Assembly (NCBI GenBank): GCA_963668645.2
Contig: CAXXWC010000018.1
Span: 448,001-512,000, forward strand
Direction: 5' to 3'
Length of the DNA stretch: 64,000 nucleotides
From: Desulfobacterales bacterium
Lineage (GTDB): Bacteria > Desulfobacterota > Desulfobacteria > Desulfobacterales > UBA2174
Position 1 is the first letter of the stretch. Every line of letters starts with the position of its first letter. Below are positions 37,257 to 45,091 of the stretch, piece after piece. The notes beneath the pieces are model-generated. The model did not search any database. It was not told where the DNA came from and saw nothing but the letters and a program-made list of their open reading frames with translations. The position numbers and the translations under genes are program-made.

Positions 37257-37705
37257 TTGCCGTCGCCGCAAAGCGGGTTGCCGGCCCGGGCAAAGCGCTG
37301 GGGATGCCGGGGAAGATCGTCGTTCAGGGTGTAGTAGTCCGCCTTCTGGGAGACCCAGACATGCCGTTCGGTGGTCAATCCCGTGGGTGGATCGATGGCC
37401 CCTGCAGCGATGGAGATGTTGGGTTTTCCCCTGGGATCCCAGAAAAGACTCGATCCGCAATGGCAACAGAACCCCCGGTGAACGTCGGGAGTTTCGTCCT
37501 GGGTCGACCGGTACCAATGGAGGCTTTCGGCCCTGGTCAGTTTCAGGTTCTTTCTCGCCGTAGCCGTATAGGCGGCCACATGGCCGTGGAAGCGCCGGCA
37601 CTTGCTGCAATGGCAGTTGACAACGGGCATCAGCGGCCCGTGCACCTCAAAACGCACCGCCCCGCACAGACAGCCTCCTGTGGCTCGGATTGCGTGTGCT
37701 TGCAT
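37253..37705 (-). CDS. GFA (glutathione-dependent formaldehyde-activating) family zinc protein
   Basis: GGCLCGAVR, CHCSKCRR, RGFCCHCGS. Confidence 0.92.
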   Translation of the reverse strand: MQAHAIRATGGCLCGAVRFEVHGPLMPVVNCHCSKCRRFHGHVAAYTATARKNLKLTRAESLHWYRSTQDETPDVHRGFCCHCGSSLFWDPRGKPNISIAAGAIDPPTGLTTERHVWVSQKADYYTLNDDLPRHPQRFARAGNPLCGDGK

Positions 37706-37882
37706 GTTTGGCTCCGGGCAAGGCGGGGCGCCGCCGTGTGCCGGCGTCCCCGCCCATCTCATGGTGCTTGCTGAACGTTGGGCTTCCGTTCCAAGGCCCG
37801 GGCGAGTGATCCATATCGCGGCGGCATGAATCCCGAAAGTTGAACGGTTTGCCTATAGACTTTCTTTGCAAGCCTTTAGCGG

Positions 37883-38788
37883 TTAGATCAGTCCCGCGTC
37901 TTTGAGCCACCGTGTCACGACTTCCTTGACCGCCTCATGCTTGCCGTCAACCGCGTAGTTGAGGGCCGTCATGGTTCCGGTGTCCAGCTTTTTAGCCAGT
38001 GCGGCGAAGATCGATTCCAACTGCGGATACTTGTCCGCGACTTCCTTCTTAAATACCGGGGCCGGATTGTAGACCGGAAAATATTTCAGGTTGTCTTCCA
38101 GCACCACCAGGCCGAATCCCTTGATGCGTCCGTCGGTGGCAAAGCCCATGGCCACATCCACGTCGCCTTCCTTGAGGGCTTTGTAGAGCAGGCCCGGTGT
38201 CATCTTGATGATCTTGTCGCGGGGAAACTTGAAGTCGTATTTTTTCTGCAGCGGCTTATAGCCGTCCGGCCGGGCGTAGAACTCCTCGTTGGTACCGAAG
38301 CGGATCGTGTCGGGATGAGCCTTGACGTAGGCGGAAAGGTCCGAGAGGGTCTTGATCCCCTTGGCCGCGGCGTCATCACCGCGCATCATGAGGCAGTAGG
38401 TGTTGTTAAAGGGCATCATGGGCATCCAGACCAGGCCGTTGCGCTCCAGGTCGGCCTTTTTGACGAAATCGTAGCAGGCTGCCGGATCGGTGATGACCTC
38501 CTTTTCTTTGAGCATGGTCACCAGGGCCGTGCCGGTGTATTCCATGTAGGTGTCGATCTGGCCGTTTTCCAGAGCCGTGCGGGCCACCAGAGTCCCGCCC
38601 AGCCCGGTCTTGTCCACGGTCGAGAAGCCGTGTTTTTCCAGCAGCTGGATCATGATTTCGCTTAGAATGCGCTGCTCGGTGAAGTTCTTCGATCCGATGA
38701 CGAGCTGCTTGTCCGCGGCGCCGGCGGTTCCGGCCGCCAGGACGACGGTCAGGGCCGTCAAAAGGCTAATCCATTTGATCCGTTTCAT
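37883..38788 (-). CDS. Osmoprotectant (betaine/choline-type) ABC substrate-binding protein
   Basis: Signal peptide, IGSKNFTEQ, EYTGT, NNTY, EF..RPDG, TDGRI, FPVY. Confidence 0.92.
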   Translation of the reverse strand: MKRIKWISLLTALTVVLAAGTAGAADKQLVIGSKNFTEQRILSEIMIQLLEKHGFSTVDKTGLGGTLVARTALENGQIDTYMEYTGTALVTMLKEKEVITDPAACYDFVKKADLERNGLVWMPMMPFNNTYCLMMRGDDAAAKGIKTLSDLSAYVKAHPDTIRFGTNEEFYARPDGYKPLQKKYDFKFPRDKIIKMTPGLLYKALKEGDVDVAMGFATDGRIKGFGLVVLEDNLKYFPVYNPAPVFKKEVADKYPQLESIFAALAKKLDTGTMTALNYAVDGKHEAVKEVVTRWLKDAGLI

Positions 38789-38852
38789 GGGCGATCCTCC
38801 TTTGCTTGGGGTTGAGTGAACCGATATCAGGCGGGCCGGTGATTGAATCACG

Positions 38853-39614
38853 TCACAGTTCCGAGGCGCCGTTATTTTCATAAACCAGGCCGGGACTGAT
38901 GGCCCAACCTTCCACCTTGCCGAGAAACCAGTTCAGAAATATGGCCAGCGCGGCCGTGGGCACGGCGCCGGCGAGCATGTAGCCCGGATCGACCATGGCG
39001 ATGCCGGAAAAGATCAGGTCCCCCAGGCCGCCGCCGCCCACCAGGAAACTCATGGCTGCGGTGCCCACGTTGATCACCGTCGAGGTGCGGATCCCGGCCA
39101 GGATGATATACAGGGCGTTGGGGATTTCCACGCGCAAGAGCAGTTGGCGCGGGTTCATGCCCATGCCGCGCCCGGCGTCCAGAATCACCGGATCGATGCC
39201 GGCCAGGCCGGCCACGGTGTTGCGGATGATGGGCAGCAGGCCGTAGATCACCAGGGCGAAGATGGCCGTTTTCTTGCCGATGCCCAGGTAGGTCATGGCG
39301 ATGGCGATCACCGCCAGGGAGGGAACGGTCTGGCAGATTCCCAGCAGGTTGAGGCTCCAGTTGCGATAGCGGCGCATGAAGCCCCGGGTGAGCAGGATCC
39401 CCGTGGGGACGCCCAGGCTGATGGAAATGGCGCTGGAGATCAGCACCAGTTGGATATGTTCCAGGAACAGGATCCAGATTTCGTCGGTGTTGTCGCGGGC
39501 GAATTCGAAAAAGCCCAGGCTTTCGAACCATGCCCCGGCGCTGAAGGCCAGCACCAGGCCGGCCATGGTCCAGGTCCGGCTTGCGCCCGAAAACTTGCCG
39601 AGGCTGCCTTTCAT
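38853..39614 (-). CDS. Osmoprotectant ABC permease
   Basis: QTVPSLA, LLPIIRNT, DAGRGMGM (EAA loop), GGGGLG. Confidence 0.92.
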   Translation of the reverse strand: MKGSLGKFSGASRTWTMAGLVLAFSAGAWFESLGFFEFARDNTDEIWILFLEHIQLVLISSAISISLGVPTGILLTRGFMRRYRNWSLNLLGICQTVPSLAVIAIAMTYLGIGKKTAIFALVIYGLLPIIRNTVAGLAGIDPVILDAGRGMGMNPRQLLLRVEIPNALYIILAGIRTSTVINVGTAAMSFLVGGGGLGDLIFSGIAMVDPGYMLAGAVPTAALAIFLNWFLGKVEGWAISPGLVYENNGASEL

Positions 39615-40765
39615 AAGATTTTCCCTCCGGTGGTGATCTTGCCCCAACGCCCGCCGTGCTCGTCGTAGGTCTGGCCCACCACCCGGGCCAGGGTCATGGT
39701 GTTGAGCACCCCCATGAGCTTGCCGTCGTCGTCCACCGCCACCACGATGCCGATATCGAAGGTGAGCATCTTACTCAAAGCGTCCTTCAGGTTCTGCTGC
39801 GGGCTGACGGTAATGGTCATCGGCTTGGTAAGGTCGCCCACCTTGCCGCTCTGGTCGAAAAGGTCGCGCAGGGTCACGTAGCCCTTCAAACGGTCCTGGG
39901 CGTCGTTGACCAGCAGGAAGTTGAAATCCCCTTCCTGCATGGCCCGGACCACCGATTCGACCGCATCCGTATCGTGGCAGTGGACGGGGTTTTCCAGCAT
40001 GGCGTCCTTGACCTTGAGCAGATCCAGGCGCTTCAAGGCCCGGTCGGCGCCGACGAAATCCTTGACGAACTGGTTTTTGGGCGTGGTGAGGAGCTGTTCG
40101 GGGGTGCCGAACTGGATCAACCGGCCGGCATCCAGCAGGGCGATCTTGTCGCCCATCTTGATGGCTTCGTGGATGTCGTGGGTGACAAAGACGATGGTTT
40201 TCTGGATCTGGGACTGGATCTTGAGAAATTCGTCCTGGAGCACCTCCCGGTTGATGGGGTCGATGGCCCCGAAGGGTTCGTCCATCAGCATCACCGGCGG
40301 GTCGGTGGCCATGGCCCGGGCCACGCCGATGCGCTGGGCCTGGCCCCCGGAAAGCTCCCGTGGGTAGCGGTGCCGAAAAGCGGCAGGCTCCAGTTGGACC
40401 AGGCTGAGCAGTTCATCCACCCGTTCGTCGATGCGCTGTTTATCCCACTTGAGCAGCCGCGGTACGGTGGCGATGTTATCGTAGACCGTCATGTGGGGAA
40501 ACAGCCCGATCTGCTGGATGGCATAGCCGATATGGCGTCGCAGTTCGATGGAATCGATGTCGAGAATGTTTTTCCCGTCGATGTAGATGGCGCCGGAAGT
40601 GATCGGGATGAGCCGGTTGATCATGCGCATCAGGGTTGTCTTGCCGCAGCCGGAGGAACCGATCAGGACGCAGATTTCCCCTTGTGTCACCTCCAGATCG
40701 ACGTCGTTGACGGCCGGCACATTGGACCCCGGGTAGATTTTGGTCGCTTTCTCAAGCCTGATCAT
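39611..40765 (-). CDS. Osmoprotectant ABC ATP-binding protein with CBS domains
   Basis: GSSGCGKT, LSGGQ, LMDEPFGAIDP, VTHD. Confidence 0.95.
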   Translation of the reverse strand: MIRLEKATKIYPGSNVPAVNDVDLEVTQGEICVLIGSSGCGKTTLMRMINRLIPITSGAIYIDGKNILDIDSIELRRHIGYAIQQIGLFPHMTVYDNIATVPRLLKWDKQRIDERVDELLSLVQLEPAAFRHRYPRELSGGQAQRIGVARAMATDPPVMLMDEPFGAIDPINREVLQDEFLKIQSQIQKTIVFVTHDIHEAIKMGDKIALLDAGRLIQFGTPEQLLTTPKNQFVKDFVGADRALKRLDLLKVKDAMLENPVHCHDTDAVESVVRAMQEGDFNFLLVNDAQDRLKGYVTLRDLFDQSGKVGDLTKPMTITVSPQQNLKDALSKMLTFDIGIVVAVDDDGKLMGVLNTMTLARVVGQTYDEHGGRWGKITTGGKIL

Positions 40766-41412
40766 GAGCGCAATCCTTTGCTGACAAGGCGATTTTCGAT
40801 GACACCGAACAGATAATCGACCACCACGGCCATCAGGGCCACGGCGATCGAGCCGCAGTTGATCATGGCGTCGTAGGAGCGGTTGATGCCCATGAAGATG
40901 AAGTGGCCCAGCCCTCCCGCGCCGATATAGGCTGCGATGGCCCCGATGCCGATGGACATGACCACCGCCACGCGCACCCCGGCAAAAATCACCGCCAGCG
41001 CCATGGGCAGCTGCACCTTGCCCAGCACCTGCATGCGGGTCATGCCCATGCCGATGCCGGCGTCGATGATGTTGGGGTCCACGTTCTTGATGGCCGCGTA
41101 GGTGTTGCGGATGATGGGCAGCTGGGAGTAGAGCACCAGGGCCACGATGGCCGGGACCGTGCCGATCCCGTGGCCGAAAACCGATAGCAGGGGGATCATG
41201 ATCCCGAACAGGGCGATGGATGGGATCGTCATGACGATCCCGGCGATATAGAGGACCGTCTCGGCGGCTTTGCGGTTGAAGGTGATCCAGATCCCTATGG
41301 GAACCCCGGTGAAGATGGCGATGAGCACCGCCACGGCCACGACCCAGGCGTGCTGGCCGGCCAATTGAAGGGTGTGGTGCCAGTTGCTGAGAAAAAACTG
41401 CCAGGTTTCCAT
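40762..41412 (-). CDS. Osmoprotectant ABC permease
   Basis: TIPSIAL, QLPIIRNT, DAGIGMGM, GAGGLG. Confidence 0.92.
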   Translation of the reverse strand: METWQFFLSNWHHTLQLAGQHAWVVAVAVLIAIFTGVPIGIWITFNRKAAETVLYIAGIVMTIPSIALFGIMIPLLSVFGHGIGTVPAIVALVLYSQLPIIRNTYAAIKNVDPNIIDAGIGMGMTRMQVLGKVQLPMALAVIFAGVRVAVVMSIGIGAIAAYIGAGGLGHFIFMGINRSYDAMINCGSIAVALMAVVVDYLFGVIENRLVSKGLRS

Positions 41413-41474
41413 GGCGGATCTCCTAGATGCTCCAATTAGAACTGCCGCTTGGACGTTGCGCCATATGGTCCGTG

Positions 41475-42104
41475 TTACAGCATTGCCCTGGCAAGCTTGG
41501 CGGCGGCCCCTGCGTCTGCAGCCCAGGCGTCGGCCTCGATCTGATCGGCGTAGGCCTGAGTCACCGGGGCCCCGCCCACCATGATCTTGACCCGCTCGCG
41601 CAGGCCGCTGCCGGCGATGGCGGCGATGGTTTTGCCCATCATCGGCATGGTGGTGGTCAGCAGGGCCGACATGCACAGGATGTTGGCCTGGTTCTGCTCG
41701 ACGGCGGAAACGAATTTTTCCGGGGCGATGTCCACCCCCAGGTCCGTGACCTGCAACCCGGCGCTTTCCATCATCATGGCCACCAGGTTCTTGCCGATGT
41801 CGTGCAGGTCCCCCTTGACCGTGCCGATCACAACCCGGCCCTTGGCGGCCGAGGCGTCCTCGGACAAGAGGGGCTTGAGGATTTGCACCGCGGCGCTCAT
41901 GGCCTGGGCGGCCAGCAGGACTTCCGGGATGAACATATCGCCGTTTTCCATCCGTTCGCCGACGATGTCCATGCCGGCGATCAGTCCCTGATTCAGGATC
42001 TGGTTGGCACCGGCGCCGCTGTCCAAAGCGGTCCGGACAAGGGCGACCACCCGGTCCTGGTCGCAGGCGAGCAGGGCATCGACGATGGATTGATACGGGC
42101 TCAT
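41475..42104 (-). CDS. Corrinoid protein (MtgC/MttC-like)
   Basis: MFIPEVL, GDLHDIGKN, SALLTTT, VGGAP. Confidence 0.94.
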   Translation of the reverse strand: MSPYQSIVDALLACDQDRVVALVRTALDSGAGANQILNQGLIAGMDIVGERMENGDMFIPEVLLAAQAMSAAVQILKPLLSEDASAAKGRVVIGTVKGDLHDIGKNLVAMMMESAGLQVTDLGVDIAPEKFVSAVEQNQANILCMSALLTTTMPMMGKTIAAIAGSGLRERVKIMVGGAPVTQAYADQIEADAWAADAGAAAKLARAML

Positions 42105-42132
42105 TAGGGCCTCCTTGGGGCGGAAGGTTCGA

Positions 42133-43584
42133 TCAAAGCAGAATGGTGAACTGTTCGCGTATTTTCCGGTCGATCTCTTCGGGGATGTGGCAGGTCGGCG
42201 GTTGATCCAGAATTTTGCGGGCCAGGGCACGGGCACGCTCCCGGGCGTCCAGGCTGCCGTCCTTTTCCCATTTTTCGCGGCGTTTCTGGTCGGTGACGCC
42301 GTTGCTCTGGAAATATTCCGTGCGCATGTGCCTCATGGTATGCGGCGACATCATGAAGTTGCCCCCTGGGCCCACCGCATCAATGACCTCCAGGGCCAGT
42401 CGGTCCGCATCGACCTCGATTCCCTTGAGCACCTTGCAGCAAAAACCGATGATTTCGTCGTCGATGACGAACTGTTCGTAGGCCACGGTGAGCATCGATT
42501 CGAGCATCCCCGCGGCGTGGTGCACGTAGTTGGATCCGCCCATGACGGCCAGTACGGTGGTCAGGGCCTTTTCCCAGCCGGCCTGGATGTCGGGAATCTT
42601 TGAGTCGGTCAGCCCCGAGGAGTTGTAGTTGGGTACCCGGATGTGGTGGGAAAGCTGGTGGATGGCGGCGTTCATCATGCCGCACTCCACCGCACCGCCC
42701 AGGTAGCCCATGGTCCTGAGGTTGGCCATCCCGGGAATTCCGCCATAGAGCAGGGGCGCCCCCGGGCTGGTAAGCTGGCAGATACAGATTCCGGCCATCT
42801 GTTCGGCATGCAGCTGGGCCAAAGTCCCGGCCATGGTCATCGGAGAGGTGGAGCCGGACATGGGGGCGGCCGAAAGGGCCACCGGAATCCGGTGGCGCAC
42901 GGCCTCTCGCATGATGCGGGTCGACTGGGTGCACAGCTTGAGCGGGCTGATGGCAAAGGAGGTAATCACCGAAATAAACGGCCGCCCGGCGAGCTGTTCG
43001 CGCCCGCCCGCGATGAGGGCTGCCATCTCCAGCACCCTGTTAAAGCCGGCTTCGTCGTTGACGCCGGACATGACGTGCTTGCCGGTGGCCTTGAGGCAGG
43101 CGTAATACATGTTTACGTCGTAGGCCGACTCGGGGATGTCGGTGGGGATGCAGGGCCGCAGGTAGAAGTGGACGTGCTCGAGGCGGTCCACCAGCCGTCC
43201 GATGTCGTAGATGTCCCGCAGAGTCGAGGGGCGGGCGGCGTCGGTCGAAAGGTCCAGCACCTTGATGGCCGCCCCGCCTGTGCCCAGGTGAACCCGGTGT
43301 TCGCCCAGGTCGATATCGTTGGCCGGATCCAGGCCGCACAGGACCACCTGCTCGGGCGCCTTTCGGATTTCGGCCGTGATCAGGTCCCGGGGAAACAGGA
43401 TCCGGCTCCGGTCGCGGTCGACGGTGGCGCCGGCGCCGGCGAGCATCTCGAGGGTTTCTTCCAGACCGGACTCGTAGGTCAGGCCGATGCGCTCCAGGAT
43501 CGTGAGGGCCGCATCGTGAATGGTGGCAAGATGTTCCTCGGAAAGGGGGCGGTATTGCCCGCCGGCCAGGCCGCTGAGCTTCAT
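42133..43584 (-). CDS. MttB-superfamily methyltransferase, non-pyrrolysine (MtgB-like)
   Basis: IHDAALTILERIG, SPL, GSTSPMTMAG, GLTDSKIPDIQAG.EK, AGMLES, VGPGGNF; no in-frame TAG. Confidence 0.92.
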   Translation of the reverse strand: MKLSGLAGGQYRPLSEEHLATIHDAALTILERIGLTYESGLEETLEMLAGAGATVDRDRSRILFPRDLITAEIRKAPEQVVLCGLDPANDIDLGEHRVHLGTGGAAIKVLDLSTDAARPSTLRDIYDIGRLVDRLEHVHFYLRPCIPTDIPESAYDVNMYYACLKATGKHVMSGVNDEAGFNRVLEMAALIAGGREQLAGRPFISVITSFAISPLKLCTQSTRIMREAVRHRIPVALSAAPMSGSTSPMTMAGTLAQLHAEQMAGICICQLTSPGAPLLYGGIPGMANLRTMGYLGGAVECGMMNAAIHQLSHHIRVPNYNSSGLTDSKIPDIQAGWEKALTTVLAVMGGSNYVHHAAGMLESMLTVAYEQFVIDDEIIGFCCKVLKGIEVDADRLALEVIDAVGPGGNFMMSPHTMRHMRTEYFQSNGVTDQKRREKWEKDGSLDARERARALARKILDQPPTCHIPEEIDRKIREQFTILL

Positions 43585-43604
43585 TGCAATCTCCTCTCTG
43601 TTAA

Positions 43605-44417
43605 TCAAACCTTTGCCGGCGGCGCCGCGAGCTGCCCTGCGCGATAGGCCTTGAGGTAGTTCATGCAGTAACCGTCCCTGCCGGCCAGGGTCTCGGCGGC
43701 CGCGATGGCGGCCATCATCTCCCGGTCCAGGGGGTTGACGATGGCCCCGTCGAGCCCTCTGGCGATGGCCATGGCCATGAAGGTGCGGTTCAACAAGCGG
43801 CGCTGCGGCAGGCCGTAGCTGATATTCGACAGGCCGCAGGCGGTGTGAATTCCGGGAAACCGCTGCATGATGGCGTCCACGGTATCCAGGAAGGCCTGGC
43901 CGAAGCTGTTGTTGACACTCACGGGCTGGACCAGCGGATCGACGTAGATCTGTTCCACCTTCAGATTGTGCTGGACCAAACCTTCGACCAGGGCGTCGGC
44001 GATCCTGAGCCGGTCGTCCACCGTTTCGGGCATTCCCGCATCGCTCATGCACAGCGCGATTACCTTGAGGTCCGTGCCGGCCACGATGGGCAGCAGATTG
44101 TCCCAGCGTGCCTTTTCCAAAGAGATGGAGTTGATCAGGGCCGCACCCCGATGCACGGCCAGGGCCGCCTCGATGGCCGCCGGATCCGGGCTGTCGATGG
44201 CACAGGGCCTGTCTGCGGCCGACTGCACCGTTTGCACCAGCCACTCGAGGAAGATCGATTCCCGGCCCACGAAAACACCGGCATTGACATCGATATAATC
44301 CGCTCCGGCCTCGGCCTGGTCCCTGGCCACCTGCTGGATGGTCCCGGCGTCCCGGGCTTCGATGGCTTCGGCGATGGCCTTGCGGCTGGCGTTGATCAGC
44401 TCTGCGATGATGATCAT
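43605..44417 (-). CDS. Methyltetrahydrofolate:corrinoid methyltransferase (MtgA/AcsE-like)
   Basis: IIIAELINASRK, IDVNAG, IDSP, INSIS, GLSNISYGLP.R. Confidence 0.92.
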   Translation of the reverse strand: MIIIAELINASRKAIAEAIEARDAGTIQQVARDQAEAGADYIDVNAGVFVGRESIFLEWLVQTVQSAADRPCAIDSPDPAAIEAALAVHRGAALINSISLEKARWDNLLPIVAGTDLKVIALCMSDAGMPETVDDRLRIADALVEGLVQHNLKVEQIYVDPLVQPVSVNNSFGQAFLDTVDAIMQRFPGIHTACGLSNISYGLPQRRLLNRTFMAMAIARGLDGAIVNPLDREMMAAIAAAETLAGRDGYCMNYLKAYRAGQLAAPPAKV

Positions 44418-45064
44418 GGCCTTTTTTCTCCATGGCGTGCGAGCATCTGGACGAAGCGGTTCTCACCGGCCGGGCGCAGGTCGAATTCGGCGCCTGCCTC
44501 CTGGACGGCATGCACCATGTCGTGCCCGTAGCCGCGGGAACAGCTCAGCACCAGCATTTCACTGCCCGGCGCGGTTTGCAGTACCAGCAGCTGGCAGGGA
44601 ACATGGCAAAACGGGCCCTGGACAAGGAACGGCGGCTCTCGCCACGGGGCCTGGAGATCCAGGCTGGTAAGCTTTTCGGTGATCCGGAAGGCGTTTCGGC
44701 CCAGGATCGCCAGGCCCAGGGTTCCCTCGGTGATCCGGGTCCGGTTGAAGTGGGGCGGGATTTCCACGGCTGGGTCGAAACACCAGAGGCATGCCTGGGC
44801 CGGTCCCATGCGGGCCACCAGGACCATGCCAAGAACGGCGATATCGCCCGGATTTTCCGGTTCAGCGATGCCGGCCGGGATCAGCTTGCCCATGGCGCGG
44901 CCCTGGATATCCAGCCGCGTGCAATGGCTCAGATCGACCAGCCAGGGGCCGGCGTCCTCGCCGGCGTACTCGAGGACCACCGGCCAGCCGCCCCGGGTTT
45001 CTTCTTTGCTCGGGCGCCCGGCAAGGCGCACCGCGGATCTTCTCCGTGTCGCATTGGTGCTCAT
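44414..45064 (-). CDS. soxG: Sarcosine oxidase gamma-like subunit
   Basis: GcvT-like fragment (LVDLSH, KLTSLDL, SRGYG); position after soxA. Confidence 0.7.
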   Translation of the reverse strand: MSTNATRRRSAVRLAGRPSKEETRGGWPVVLEYAGEDAGPWLVDLSHCTRLDIQGRAMGKLIPAGIAEPENPGDIAVLGMVLVARMGPAQACLWCFDPAVEIPPHFNRTRITEGTLGLAILGRNAFRITEKLTSLDLQAPWREPPFLVQGPFCHVPCQLLVLQTAPGSEMLVLSCSRGYGHDMVHAVQEAGAEFDLRPAGENRFVQMLARHGEKRP

Positions 45065-45091
45065 GGATCCACTTTCGCTAGAGGCTTCGGG

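Noticed and set aside
42133..43584. Pyrrolysine-containing trimethylamine methyltransferase
   Set aside because: No in-frame TAG; Leu occupies the position (SSGLTDSK).
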